A stretch of DNA of 64,000 nucleotides from Eledone cirrhosa (Eukaryota): positions 208,816,001 through 208,880,000 of the forward strand of contig OZ024742.1 in NCBI GenBank assembly GCA_964016885.1, read 5' to 3'. Both the position numbers and the translations under genes were made by a program. The notes under the pieces were generated by a model. The model was not told the origin of the DNA, did no database searches, and saw nothing but the letters and a program-made list of their open reading frames with translations. Below, one piece after another: positions 28,979 through 41,890 of this stretch (the first letter of the stretch is position 1; the number at the start of each line of letters is the position of its first letter).

Positions 28979-29625
28979 TACATATATGTATATGTGTATG
29001 TGTGTGTGTCTGTATACGTGTGTATGTGTGTGTGTCTATGTGCACACATACATTTCCATGGTGTGTGTTTCTGTCAGTGGGGTGTGGGGTGTGCGTACGT
29101 TAACCCACATGGGACAGGGTTTCTCTATATGTTTATATGCAGGTACATGTACTTGTATGTATATATGTGTACAGGTCTGTATCTGTGCGTGTATGTGTGC
29201 TTATGTCTTTGGAAATGTGTCTGTCTGTGATGCCTATCCATAAGCATATGCGTGTGTGTGTCTATGTATGTGTCTGAGAGTGTTTGTGTATATATGTGCA
29301 GATGTGCCTGAACGCCGATATGTGTCTTTGTATGCGTGTACGTGTGTGACTGCGCGTGTGTGCGTCGTGTGCGTGCGTGTGAGACCGGATGTAAGGGGCT
29401 GTATAAACAGGTGCCAATAGGCGTGTGGTAGTCTGTATGTGGGTGTAGGTGTGCTTGGGTATGTGTAAGAGAGGGAGAGTGTCTGTGTGTGTATATGTGC
29501 ATGGGGGCATGTGTGTCTACACATGTGTGCGTACATATGTGTATGCATGCATGTGTGTGTGCCTGCGTGTGTGTATGTGTGTGTGTGTATGTTTGTGTGT
29601 GTATGTGTGTATGTGGGCACATACT
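28040..29625. repeat. Compound TA/TG low-complexity tract
   Basis: Directly visible. Confidence 0.85.
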
Positions 29626-29904
29626 CAAGACGTGTGAGATACCAAACCCAGCATGGCTCCATTGACGTGTGTCAGACGTATAATGGCTGATGACCAATGT
29701 AGCAGCAAATAGTGACCAGAATTTATAATGAGGTAGAAAAACAACAGCCAATGGCATGACAAGAGTGGAAGATGTTTTTTGAAGGTGTTTTTCGATGATA
29801 ACGCTCTAGTGACAAAATTTGGTCCTAAAGAATTGCATGTGTCCGAAGGAACCTGCAGCCGTAGAATCAGCCAGATCCATACAGTGATCATGTCTCGAGC
29901 TACC

Positions 29905-30233
29905 TGTATATACTTTCCTTATGAAAATTAACGGCTGAGCAGCCTAATTTGCATATTCAGTTAATTTTCATAAGGAAAGTATATACTTTCGAACGTTCAA
30001 CTATCTGGCAGATGGGTAAACGGTGCTGATGATAGCTAACAAGCTTGAAACTAGTACATCGTTCCTGTGTCAGTGTTGAACAAAAAGGTTACGTGGTTGC
30101 CTTAACACCGTATGGCATAAATTCAGGCTATTCGATTTGTTGACAAACAAACGAACAAAGCAGGCGTTATAATAAACGTCGGCTAAACTGATGCGTGCAT
30201 ATATGTATGTGTACCTGTATGCATATGTGTATA

Positions 30234-30299
<66 letters not shown>

Positions 30300-30410
30300 T
30301 GCTACTGTACGTCTGTATACATATATGTATGTACGTATACATACATACTTACATTTAAGTAAGTGCCATACTAAGAGTGAGAAATGAAATTTCGTTTTCA
30401 TTTTTTTCAA
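29905..30410 (+). mobile_element. Family A element with a 5' foldback hairpin (29906-29987)
   Basis: GTATATACTTTCCTTATGAAAATTAAC..GTTAATTTTCATAAGGAAAGTATATAC is followed by family A sequence. Confidence 0.75.
30021..30061 (+). ncRNA. Minimal type I hammerhead ribozyme (family A)
   Basis: CGGTG-CTGATGA-TAGCT.AAC.AAGCTT-GAAACTAGT-A-CATCG. Stem I CGGTG/CATCG, palindromic stem III ACTAGT, GUA cleavage triplet. Confidence 0.85.
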
Positions 30411-30557
30411 CTTATATATATATATATATATATATATGATTATATCTTTGTAGACGTGCGTGGGCCTGTTTTGAATATGCGCATATTTGTAAGAGTGTAT
30501 ACGAGCCAGTATGTGTGTGTGTGTGTACAAGCACCCAATGTTGGGAAAGGGATTGTT

Positions 30558-30628
<71 letters not shown>

Positions 30629-31181
30629 TTGTGTGTTGGCGAGCGAGTCTGTACCTGTGCATTTATATATGGATACGTGTGTGTATGTGCATGGGGTAAA
30701 AAGGAAAATAAAGGGGGTGCGTCTATGTATATATCTGTACGTGTTTGTGTATACAAGTATATATACGCGTATGCATGTGTGTGCGCCTGTGTGTGTGGGG
30801 GGTGATGTATATGGGCATGTAGGCAGGCGTCTGAGTATGAGTATGTTTATAGGTTTATATGTTCTCCTGAAGTGTGTGTGTATAGCGGGAGTCTATGCGT
30901 TCGGATGTTGTTATCTATGTGATTGTGTGTATGTGTGTGTGTGATTGCGTGTGTGTGTATATGTGGGTGTGAGTGCGCGCGTGGACGTGTGAACTATCAA
31001 ACCCAGCAGTAATTCATGGAAGTGTGGCAGAAACGTGACAGCTGATGATTGTCAGTCGAATGATACCTGTTGGTCAGATTTACGATGACGTAGAAAAACA
31101 GCAGTCAATAACAGGACGCGCGAAGAGGATGTTTTTGACGCTAACACCCCAGTGAGAGAATTTGCTCCGAAATCATTAGAC

Positions 31182-31269
31182 GTGTCCGTCGAACCTGCGG
31201 ATCCAGAATCAGACAGATCCACACAATGTTACTGTCTCGAGCTGTCCGTCGGCGAAACAATTGTAACAC
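31182..31269 (+). ncRNA. Hammerhead-like fold with variant core CCGUCGA (family B)
   Basis: GTGT-CCGTCGA-ACCTGCGGA...TCCGTCGGC-GAAACAATTGT-A-ACAC. Confidence 0.45.
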
Positions 31270-31378
31270 ACAATAAATTGAGTTCAGATGCGTCACTGAT
31301 TTTCCGTTTTATACTATATCATACTCTGCTCAACCGGCATACCGCTTATGGAAGCATCTTAGCTACCATCAGACACCC

Positions 31379-31416
<38 letters not shown>

Positions 31417-31729
31417 ATAAAATATATGGGGAGAAGAATACTTCATGGTTGCACATGGATTTACATGTTATAAAATGAGTCCCTCATCAGTGATTTGCCA
31501 ACGATCTAGCTTTCACCGTATTTTTGACTAAAGGAATTTCAGCCTGATAATGGGGTTTAGAACCCTCAGATAAATGGAAAAAGATTAGTATTGACGTCCA
31601 TTTTCTAATTTCAAACCTGCTCACTGTTTCAAAACATACTTACTTGATATATATATATATATATATATAAAATATTAAAAAAATAATGAATAAAACAATG
31701 AAACAGTTCCTTATATTAAACAAAAAAAG

Positions 31730-31884
31730 TTCATTATTTAACGATCGTTTCTAGGATATATATGTGTTAGAATTGGCATGCATATTCAACAGATCTATGT
31801 ACAAAATTATACAAAATTATACAAACTATCAAAATTAAATATACATACCAAACACATATATATGCCGTCTTCAGAAATAATGAA
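31730..31884 (-). ncRNA. Type I hammerhead with a long stem II (inverted copy)
   Basis: Reverse complement of 35838-35992. Confidence 0.75.
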
Positions 31885-32543
31885 ATATATTTATTGATAA
31901 TAACAACAATTCAAAATTTCAGGTCCGTTTGGGAACAGAGTTCAAATTGACCAATGAAAATACAAAAAGTTTTATGCAGTTAGGTGTGTGTATATACATG
32001 TAATTAACTTCGTACACATATTTACATAAAGATATATGTTCACATGCATACGCATGCCAAAAAGATGTATGTAAATACAAAAATTCAAGGCTAATGTCTC
32101 TGTAAGTTTATAATCTACAGATAAAATGCGTATAGACACATAAATATGAAATAAATGTATACACACATTCATATACTCACACATATTCGTACACTCACAC
32201 ACACACGCGCGTATATGCATAAACATACACATAACTACGAACATACATACACACACACACCCCCACACACATATATATGTGCATATATTATTATCATAAG
32301 CATATGGACATTAATGCACGCACATAAACACTGCCACACATATTTAGATCAGGATACAGAAATTAGGTGGGAGGGGGGGAGAGGTCAGTATTCAACGGTT
32401 TCGGCAGACTGCCTATTTATAAATGTATCTATAAACTTAGAAATAAAAAGAAAAGAAAAAGTAAAAAGAAATATATCAAGAAAATATATATATATATATA
32501 TATACACATCCACACATACACACACACACACACACACATATAC

Positions 32544-32575
<32 letters not shown>

Positions 32576-32898
32576 ATATACACATATATATACACATATA
32601 TACACACACACATACACACACATATATATATACACATATACATACACATACATATATATATACAAACAAGTAAAATATAAAATATACATCGATATACATA
32701 CATATAGACATATAAATAAATACACACGCATACACACACATACATATACATACATATACATACACATATATACAAACACATACATACACATACATATACA
32801 TACACATACCATATAAATACACATACACATACACACACGCATACATATAGAGACACATACATATACACATATAAATACATAGACACATACACACATAA

Positions 32899-32935
<37 letters not shown>

Positions 32936-32957
32936 TACACACATATACACATACACG

Positions 32958-33006
<49 letters not shown>

Positions 33007-33055
33007 TCACAACACACGTATATATATACACACTCATACATATACACATATATAC

Positions 33056-33091
<36 letters not shown>

Positions 33092-33161
33092 AGTCACATC
33101 TACATACATATATATATATAAACACACTCATATATATACACACATACACATACATACCCAC

Positions 33162-33198
<37 letters not shown>

Positions 33199-33227
33199 TA
33201 TATATACACACATACACGCATACACAT

Positions 33228-33265
<38 letters not shown>

Positions 33266-33406
33266 TTATATATATATATATATATATATATACATACACA
33301 CACATACACATATACACACATACATATATACACACACACACACCTACACATACATACACGTACACATATATAAAGATATATAAACACACACACACATATA
33401 ATAAAC

Positions 33407-33437
<31 letters not shown>

Positions 33438-33439
33438 CA

Positions 33440-33477
<38 letters not shown>

Positions 33478-33736
33478 CACATATATACATACACACATAC
33501 ACACATACATACATACACACACACATACATACACACACATACATACTCATACATAGACATAGATATATACTCACACACACATACGCACTTACATATACGC
33601 ATATATACAAATACATACACATCCATATATGCGTATATACATACAAACACCACTACACGCTCACACAACTCAGACATACAAAGAAAAAGGTATATACATA
33701 CACATATATACACACATAAATAGAGATACATATACA

Positions 33737-33768
<32 letters not shown>

Positions 33769-33844
33769 CACACACGTACACACATAAAACACACATACAA
33801 ACACATACATACACACATACATATATATATATACACACACACAA

Positions 33845-33889
<45 letters not shown>

Positions 33890-34155
33890 CACATACATAT
33901 ATATACACATGCACACACATACATACATACATACATACACATACACATACATATATATAAAAAAATAAAGAAATAAGATAAATAAAAAAATAAATAAATT
34001 AATACACACAGTCAGACAAATATGCACACACATACATATACATATATATATATATATACACACACACATATACACATACACATACATATATATACACATA
34101 CATACACACACACATATATATACATACATATACACACATCAACTACAAATATATA

Positions 34156-34188
<33 letters not shown>

Positions 34189-34231
34189 TACATATTTTCA
34201 TATATATATATATATATATATCATAATAATA

Positions 34232-34268
<37 letters not shown>

Positions 34269-34479
34269 TACATATATATACACACACACTCACATATATA
34301 TATGCGCACATACGTACACATATACACATACACACATATACACATAGACATATACATGTGCATACATGTACATACACACATATACCCACATAGATACAAA
34401 GATACACATTTATATAGAGAGACATACATACACACACACATATATACACACACACATATACACACATATATATACTCAT

Positions 34480-34514
<35 letters not shown>

Positions 34515-34779
34515 ATCATACACCCTTATTTGCATGCGCATATATGTATTTTTATACTTACATATAAACACCCAAACATATATACCTACCTACATATGCA
34601 TACATACATACACACTTACAAATACAAATAATAATAGTAGGGGGGGGGGGAGAAGGGGATTATAGTAAATATATGTTTCAAGAAACATAGAATATTAATC
34701 TGCATTTAGATCACAATATGTGTTTACATAGTTTCAGTATTAGGAAATGCAAGAAAGAAGGCAAAACTATGCATTTCAA

Positions 34780-35760
34780 TATAAGTATACCATTAATTAT
34801 AGGTTAACTAAACTAAAGATAGTTAATATATTGATTTCTAAGGTGTAAATTACTTAGGTTTATAATATTTGAAGCAGAATTTTGAAGTTAAATAGTAGTA
34901 GAGTATTAATTATAGTATAACTAAATTAAAATTATTAACGTTATGGTATCAATATTAGGAAATGAATTTAGTAATAGGGAAAAAACAAATAAAGTATTAC
35001 ATCGGTAGTAGAATATAAATTATAGGTTAACTAAATTAAAAATTATATATTAATTTCTATAGTATATGTTAATTAGGTATATAAGAAATAAAACAGATAT
35101 TGTATTTTATCAATAGTAGAATATAATTATAGGTAAACAGAAATTAAAATTAATACATACACATATACATATACATACATATATATATACACATATATAT
35201 ACATACATACACATACATATATATACATACATATACATATTTTTTCAAAAATTGCAAAGAATATATTAACTAGGTATACATCCAAAACCTATCCCATTCT
35301 ATGATTACATGACACTCTGCAATCCATCTGTATTAGGATGCTATTTTTAAGCCAAATAAATTAAATTTTTAGGTTGACCAAATTTAAAACCAAATTATAA
35401 ATATATTTCTAAAATGTATATTAATTAGGTCTATAATACTAAAAATTATTTCTCTGTCATTGAATACGCGATATTTTGTTATATTTTATCTGTAAAGGAA
35501 TTTTAATAAAGGGTTAAATAAATTAAAATTAATCTATAAATTAAAATTACTAAGTATATATTAGTAATATTTAAAGGTTTTTCACAATTTATGATTACAC
35601 AATATTTTATATTCTCATCTGTAGTAGAATTTTAATTAAATTAAATTTATAGGTTAACTAACATTTAAATTAAATTATATATTAATTTCTAAAATAATGT
35701 TATTAATTAGGTTTATAATATTTAAATGTTTTTTTTAGTTTATGATTACAAATTTTTTGT
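34780..35760. repeat. Degenerate AT-rich tandem subrepeat of ~110-125 bp
   Basis: Recurring ATAGGTTAACTAAATTAAAA...ATTAATTAGGT.TATAATA. Confidence 0.6.
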
Positions 35761-35837
35761 ATTTTCATTGGTCAATTTGAACTCTGTTCCCAAACGGACC
35801 TGAAATTTTGAATTGTTGTTATTATCAATAAATATAT

Positions 35838-35992
35838 TTCATTATTTCTGAAGACGGCATATATATGTGTTTGGTATGTATATTTAATTTTGATAGTTTG
35901 TATAATTTTGTATAATTTTGTACATAGATCTGTTGAATATGCATGCCAATTCTAACACATATATATCCTAGAAACGATCGTTAAATAATGAA
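35838..35992 (+). ncRNA. Type I hammerhead ribozyme with a 10-bp stem I and a 116-nt stem II
   Basis: TTCATTATTT-CTGAAGA-[long hairpin]-GAAACGATCGT-T-AAATAATGAA. Confidence 0.8.
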
Positions 35993-36243
35993 CTTTTTTT
36001 GTTTAATATAAGGAACTGTTTCATTGTTTTATTCATTATTTTTTTAATATTTTATCTTGACTCTGTATTCCGTTTATCTTTCACCGAAAGTGATTTTTCA
36101 TTGCATCTCTTCTTTCCATGATATCCGGATTACATTGAGTTCTTCATACGGATTGGACACTACCGTAAACTCTTGGTAGATTTATCTACATAATATATAT
36201 ATATATATATATTTATATATTTATACATATATATATATATATA

Positions 36244-36436
36244 TAGGAACGAGTAGGAACCCGACGGCTGAGCTCAAGCCGTTTCGACGGCTAATTCTGC
36301 GTCCAGAATTAGCCGTCGAAACGGCTTGAACTCAGCCGCCGGGGTCATACTCGTTCCTATTACCCACTCTACTACACTAAGTATTGATTACTTTCGTGCG
36401 TTATGGTCCATCTGGTTCCTTACCACATTTCCTTCG

Positions 36437-36440
<4 letters not shown>
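36244..36440 (+). mobile_element. Hairpin-plus-tail element (family F) containing the 3' half of a hammerhead
   Basis: ~55-bp arms. The minus arm reads GAAACGGC-TTGAGCTCA-GCCGT-C-GGGTTCC. The tail CCTATTACCCA.TCTACTAC is shared with 59420 and 45575. Confidence 0.65.
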
Positions 36441-36476
<36 letters not shown>

Positions 36477-37185
36477 AGAGAGAGAGAGCGCGAGAGAGAG
36501 AATAACTTGCGCAAACTCACCATCTAATAGAATACTGGTAAAACCAACCTAATACAAAAGAGCTTCATTCACATTTAATCCCGAAGAACAGTTTCTGGAA
36601 TCAAGAAAAAATACTGGCCATCTCGATAAATTATAACAACCAATATTTATTTATACATATTAAGAAAAATGATGATGTTAACTTTACATGTATTTATGTC
36701 TTTATAGTTTATGGAACTGTTAGGCGTGTTTCGTAGAGAATGGGCTCAAGTTGACCCATAAAAGAGAAGTTATGGATCAAACTCATGTATCGATGGGGAT
36801 TAAACAAAATTTAATTCACTGAATCACATACAGTATATATATATTATATTTTTTTCCATGTACCATGCTGCTTGTTTTTCTTATTTTTGTTTACATGTTA
36901 CATATATATATGTATATATAAACGGAAAAAATGTAACGAAATTTCATTTCCCACTCTTAGTACGGCTGTTACTTAAATATAAGTATGTACACGTACATAC
37001 ATATATGTATACAGACGTACAGTAGTATGTATATATATATACATACATGCACACATATATATATGTACGTATGGATTCACCGAACATTTATTATAATGCT
37101 CGGTGTGTTTGTAAACAAACATCCCGTATTACGCCGTAGTGTCCAGCAACCATCGTTGCTCGTTTGTTCAACACTGACAAAGGAA

Positions 37186-37226
37186 CGCTGTACTAGTTTC
37201 AAGCTTATTAGCTATCGTGAGCAACG
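37186..37226 (-). ncRNA. Family A hammerhead with a mutated core (CTCACGA)
   Basis: Otherwise identical to 37946-37986. Confidence 0.7.
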
Positions 37227-37471
37227 TATCCCTTCCAGCCAGATTATTGAACGTATATACTTGCCTTATGCATATTAACAGCTGAGAAGCCCCATTTTCA
37301 TATCGAGTGGGTTAATCGGCTGGGTGCACCGAAAACGATAAACGGAAAAAATGAAACGAATTTTCATTTCCCACTCTTAGTACGGCTGTTACTTAAATAT
37401 AAGTATGTACACGTACATACATATATGTATACAGACGTACACTAGTATGTATATATATATATACATACATG

Positions 37472-37534
<63 letters not shown>

Positions 37535-37945
37535 GTATGGCTAATAAGCTTGAAACTAGTACAGCGCTCCTTTGTCAGTGTTGAACAAACGAGCAACAAT
37601 GGTTGCTGGACACTACGGCTTAATACGGGATGTTTGTTTACAAACACACCGAGCATTATAATAAATATTCGGTGAATCCATACGTGCATATATATATGTG
37701 TGCATGTATGTATATATATATACATACTACTGTACGTCTGTATACATATATGTATGTACGTGTTCATACTTATATTTAAGTAACAGCCGTACTAAGAGTG
37801 GGAAATGAAATTTCGTTTCATTGTTTCCGTTTATCGTTTTCGGTGCATCCGGCCGATTAACCCACTCGATATGCAAATTGGGATACTCAGCCGTTAATAT
37901 GCATAAGGTAAGTATATACGTTCAACAATCTGACAGGAAGGTATA

Positions 37946-37986
37946 CGTTGCTGACGATAGCTAATAAGCTTGAAACTAGTACAGCG
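37946..37986 (+). ncRNA. Minimal type I hammerhead ribozyme (family A)
   Basis: CGTTG-CTGACGA-TAGCT.AATA.AGCTT-GAAACTAGT-A-CAGCG. Confidence 0.88.
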
Positions 37987-38374
37987 TTCCTTTCTCAGTG
38001 TTGAACAAACGAGCAACGATGGTTGCTGGACACTACGGCGTAATACGGGATGTTTGTTTACAAACACACCGAGCATAATTATAAATGATCGGTGAATCCA
38101 TACGTGCATATATATATGTGTGCATGTATGTATATATATATATATACATACTACTGTACGTCTGTATACATATATGTATGTACGTGTACATACTTATATT
38201 TAAGTAACAGCCGTACTAAGAGTGCGAAATGAAATTTCGTTTCATTTTTTCCGTTTATATATATATATATATATATACGTGTTGAAGTTTCCGTTGAAAA
38301 AGTCATAGGAATGAAGAGTACTCTATGTAAGAGACAGAGCTAAATATTTAATGTATAATAAACAATACAATACA

Positions 38375-38543
38375 ATTACCAGAGGTTTCCCAAATAAGAC
38401 GGATACAAGAAACGTCCGCATTCGTTCGTCAGACAAGGCAATGTAAAACATAGTGAAATATTTGAAAAATCTCCTCAAGAAAGGTTAAAAGTTTAACGGG
38501 CCGATTAACTTTATCCGTCTTATTTCGGGAAACCTCTGGTAAT
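38375..38543. repeat. ~30-bp inverted repeat
   Basis: ATTACCAGAGGTTTCCCAAATAAGACGGATA / TATCCGTCTTATTTCGGGAAACCTCTGGTAAT. Confidence 0.75.
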
Positions 38544-38575
38544 GAGGTAATTATATTCTATTGTTTATTATACAT

Positions 38576-38917
<342 letters not shown>

Positions 38918-39049
38918 AATGTAAACTGAGTTCTTCGAATATTAATAATAATATTCGATTCGTTTGCAATCATGCAAACAACCCTCATTTTTACAGCCAT
39001 GTCAATAGAATGTGCCCCTCATAATTGCTCTTGTGTTGGCATGTAGACA

Positions 39050-39099
39050 GAACTGCAGACACTAATGTTTCTGGGTATTACCCTTCATCAGTACAGGTC
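39050..39099 (-). ncRNA. Type I hammerhead (family D) within element fragment 38917-39126
   Basis: CTGTA-CTGATGA-AGGGTAATACCCA-GAAACATTAGTGT-C-TGCAG. Confidence 0.8.
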
Positions 39100-39126
39100 A
39101 CTGTTCGCCTGCCAACTGTCAGAGCC

Positions 39127-39625
39127 GTCCAGCAGTCACAAGCGTTGGGAGGGACGGCCCTGACGAGGGCCAGTTAAGCCTGAAATACATAGACGGTTGT
39201 CCCCCTTGCTTCTACTAGACAACACCAGAGTGCTTTAGCCCCGCGGTGTCTGCATAGCTACGGCTTCCTAAACCTGTATTTCTTTGGAGATACGAAATAT
39301 TTATACATATTGTATAAAGCTATGCTTGAAGTGAAATTCTATTTCTTTTTTATTATAAGTTATGCCAACTTATGCAGCTTCATATGCAAATGAGATTAAT
39401 CACCTCATTTATACATACGAGAAAAGTAAATATTCTCAGCTGTCTTCTAGTCCAGCAGTCGCAAGCGGTGGGAGGGTCCGTCCTGACGAAGGCCAGTTAA
39501 GCCTGAAATGCATAGACGGTTGTTCCCCTTGCTTCTGTTGGACAACACCAGAGGGCGTTAGCCTCCCGGTGTTTGCTTAGCTACGGCTTCCTAAACATGT
39601 ATTTCTTTGGAGATACGAAATATGT

Positions 39626-39628
<3 letters not shown>
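39127..39628 (+). mobile_element. Family E tandem dimer with a 323-nt period
   Basis: CTGACGA cores at 39160 and 39483 sit in the same flanking context. Confidence 0.8.
39478..39519 (+). ncRNA. Minimal type I hammerhead ribozyme (family E)
   Basis: CCGTC-CTGACGA-AGGC.CAGTTAA.GCCT-GAAATGCAT-A-GACGG. All three stems pair and stem III is the palindrome ATGCAT. Confidence 0.88.
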
Positions 39629-39706
<78 letters not shown>

Positions 39707-40199
39707 TAAGGAGTTGACGGACCCAGCACATTTATTAATGCCAGGACCGGTTGTATCTCAGCGTACTCAATAGGCAATGTAAGATACATTCCCAAAGTAT
39801 ACACATTGTTATTCGCTTTAATACAACACACGTAAAACGGGTGCTTATAATAGTTCACGGACTCGAGTTTTGGCCGCACCTAATGCAGCAGTAAGCTGCA
39901 TTGCACCATCCGTCTGCATATATTATGCAACAGTGCACAATCGGCTTAAGCCACTTCATCAGCGGGTATCGCCTAATCAATAGCCAATCGATCGATAGAA
40001 TCCAAACCCCAGCCCATGCCGGCGGTCATGACTGTTTGTGACAACCGACACGGTAAAGCGATTAGCAACTGGAACCCGATACAACTCTGTCCCTCGACTA
40101 GCCACTGTATATATATCGAAAGATAAATAGATAGATAGATAGATTGATAGATAGATAGATGCATATATAAACGTGTGTTTATTTGGATTCGAGTATATT

Positions 40200-40345
40200 A
40201 CAAATTTACGTGAGAGTTCTATTTAGAGAGTTGAGAGTAGAAACAGCTAGGTTGCAGAATGTGTCAGCAAAGGTGACTCCTGTTGTTATTGATGCACTGG
40301 GGTCGATACCAAAGAAAGAAAGAAAGTACATAAAACACTTGTCGA
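40200..40345 (+). mobile_element. Short R4/Dong-like restriction-like endonuclease 3' remnant
   Basis: RELRVETARLQ..KVTPVVIDALGSIPK resembles the L..E..RLW...VPVVIGALG.IPK pattern. Confidence 0.55.
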
Positions 40346-40879
40346 GCTGTTGCCTGTCTTTGAGGCATTCATTTTATTTTGTCTTAATATTTCTTTTCCC
40401 TTATTATTTTACTCACTTTTTTTTCGCATTGCGATTCTGTTAGTTATTAAGTATATATTATTGTAACTTTCTCTTTATTTAGCTTTTATTTTATTTTATA
40501 TTTTATTATATCATTTTTGGTCTTCGGATCACACCAGATTGCCTCATCTCAAGTTGTATTAGCTTTATATCATAATGAAGTCCACATGATATTGTCAACG
40601 AACAAAGAGCTGTGATGATTCGGCATTGCCTTCCACGAGAATATGCGAACAAGTAAAGTAAAGTGGTCGTATTTGGTTTTCGCGTGACTTTCTATATTGT
40701 TAATTTTCTTTACTTTTGTTCTTATATAGTAACAGTTTATAAGTATACAGTTATAAAATAACATTCATACGTTTAGCCGCTACACACACACACACATACA
40801 CACACACACAGACATACACACACACACACACATACACACACACACACAGACACACACACACACACACACACACCACTCA

Positions 40880-40947
<68 letters not shown>

Positions 40948-41267
40948 AATATATGTGTATGTGTGGGTGTGTGTATATATATATATATATGTATATATAC
41001 GCACACATACATTCACATAGAAATAGATAGATAGATTGCTAGATAGATATATTTGGCTTTATTATGTAAAGAATACTTAATATGACAACTGCAGTTTGAT
41101 GACGTCTGTCTTCACCTATAGGTGGCTATTGTGTTGTAGTTTAGCGTTTTTGCTGAGGATTAGTAGACACATTGCAGCTATAAAGGCCTTATTTACGTAA
41201 ATATACATATGTGCGCACGCACACACACACAAACATACAAACACACACACATTCCTCTCACACACAC

Positions 41268-41319
<52 letters not shown>

Positions 41320-41380
41320 CTTCAAAATATTAATTAATTTATTCATTGATGAATTCATTGAACCTTGTTAAACTTTTAAT

Positions 41381-41477
<97 letters not shown>

Positions 41478-41479
<2 letters not shown>

Positions 41480-41541
41480 AGGGCGGTGCCCCAGCATGGC
41501 CTCAGCCGGATAGCTGAAACAGGTAAAAGAGTAAAAGAGTA
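41478..41541 (+). mobile_element. SINE 3' tail fragment
   Basis: GGCGGTGCCCCAGCATGGCC..CTGAAACAGG(TAAAAGAG)2 embedded in (TA)n. Confidence 0.55.
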
Positions 41542-41558
41542 TATATATATATATATAT

Positions 41559-41890
41559 AAACGGAAAAAATTAAACGAAATTTCATTTCATTTCTCATTC
41601 TTAGTACGGCTGTTACTTAAATATAAGTATGTACACGTACATACATATATGTATACAGTCGTACAGTAGTATGTATATATATATATATATACATGCACAC
41701 ATATATATATATGTACGGATGGATTCACCGAACATTTATTATAATGCTCGGTGTGTTTGTAAACAAACATCCCGTAGTAAGCCGTAGTGTCTAGCAACCA
41801 TCGTTGCTCGTTTGTTCAACACTGACAAAGAACGTGGTACTTGTTTCAAGCTTATTAGCTATCGTCAGCAACGTATACCTTCCTGGTTGA
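41559..41890 (-). mobile_element. Family A copy with a hammerhead at 41833-41873 (core intact, stems I and III mutated)
   Basis: Reverse complement reads CGTTG-CTGACGA-TAGCTAATAAGCTT-GAAACAAGT-A-CCACG. Confidence 0.8.

Larger units (their letters stand above)
31667..36190 (+). mobile_element. Non-coding PLE-like element with near-identical ~300-bp inverted arms (31667-31968 and 35754-36055) and a 3' tail
   Basis: The arms look like essentially exact reverse complements. The interior is CA/TA low-complexity DNA plus AT-rich subrepeats, with no ORF. Confidence 0.75.
36921..38258. mobile_element. Family A array: ~420-nt units in tandem on both arms of a palindrome
   Basis: Antisense 36921-37340 plus 37341-37540, then sense 37540-37834 plus 37835-38258. 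AACGGAAAAAATG recurs at 36921 and 37341. Confidence 0.85.

Noticed and set aside
32385-33932. 515-aa ORF and the many other YI/VC/HT-rich ORFs
   Set aside because: Translations of dinucleotide microsatellites that lack stop codons; not genes.
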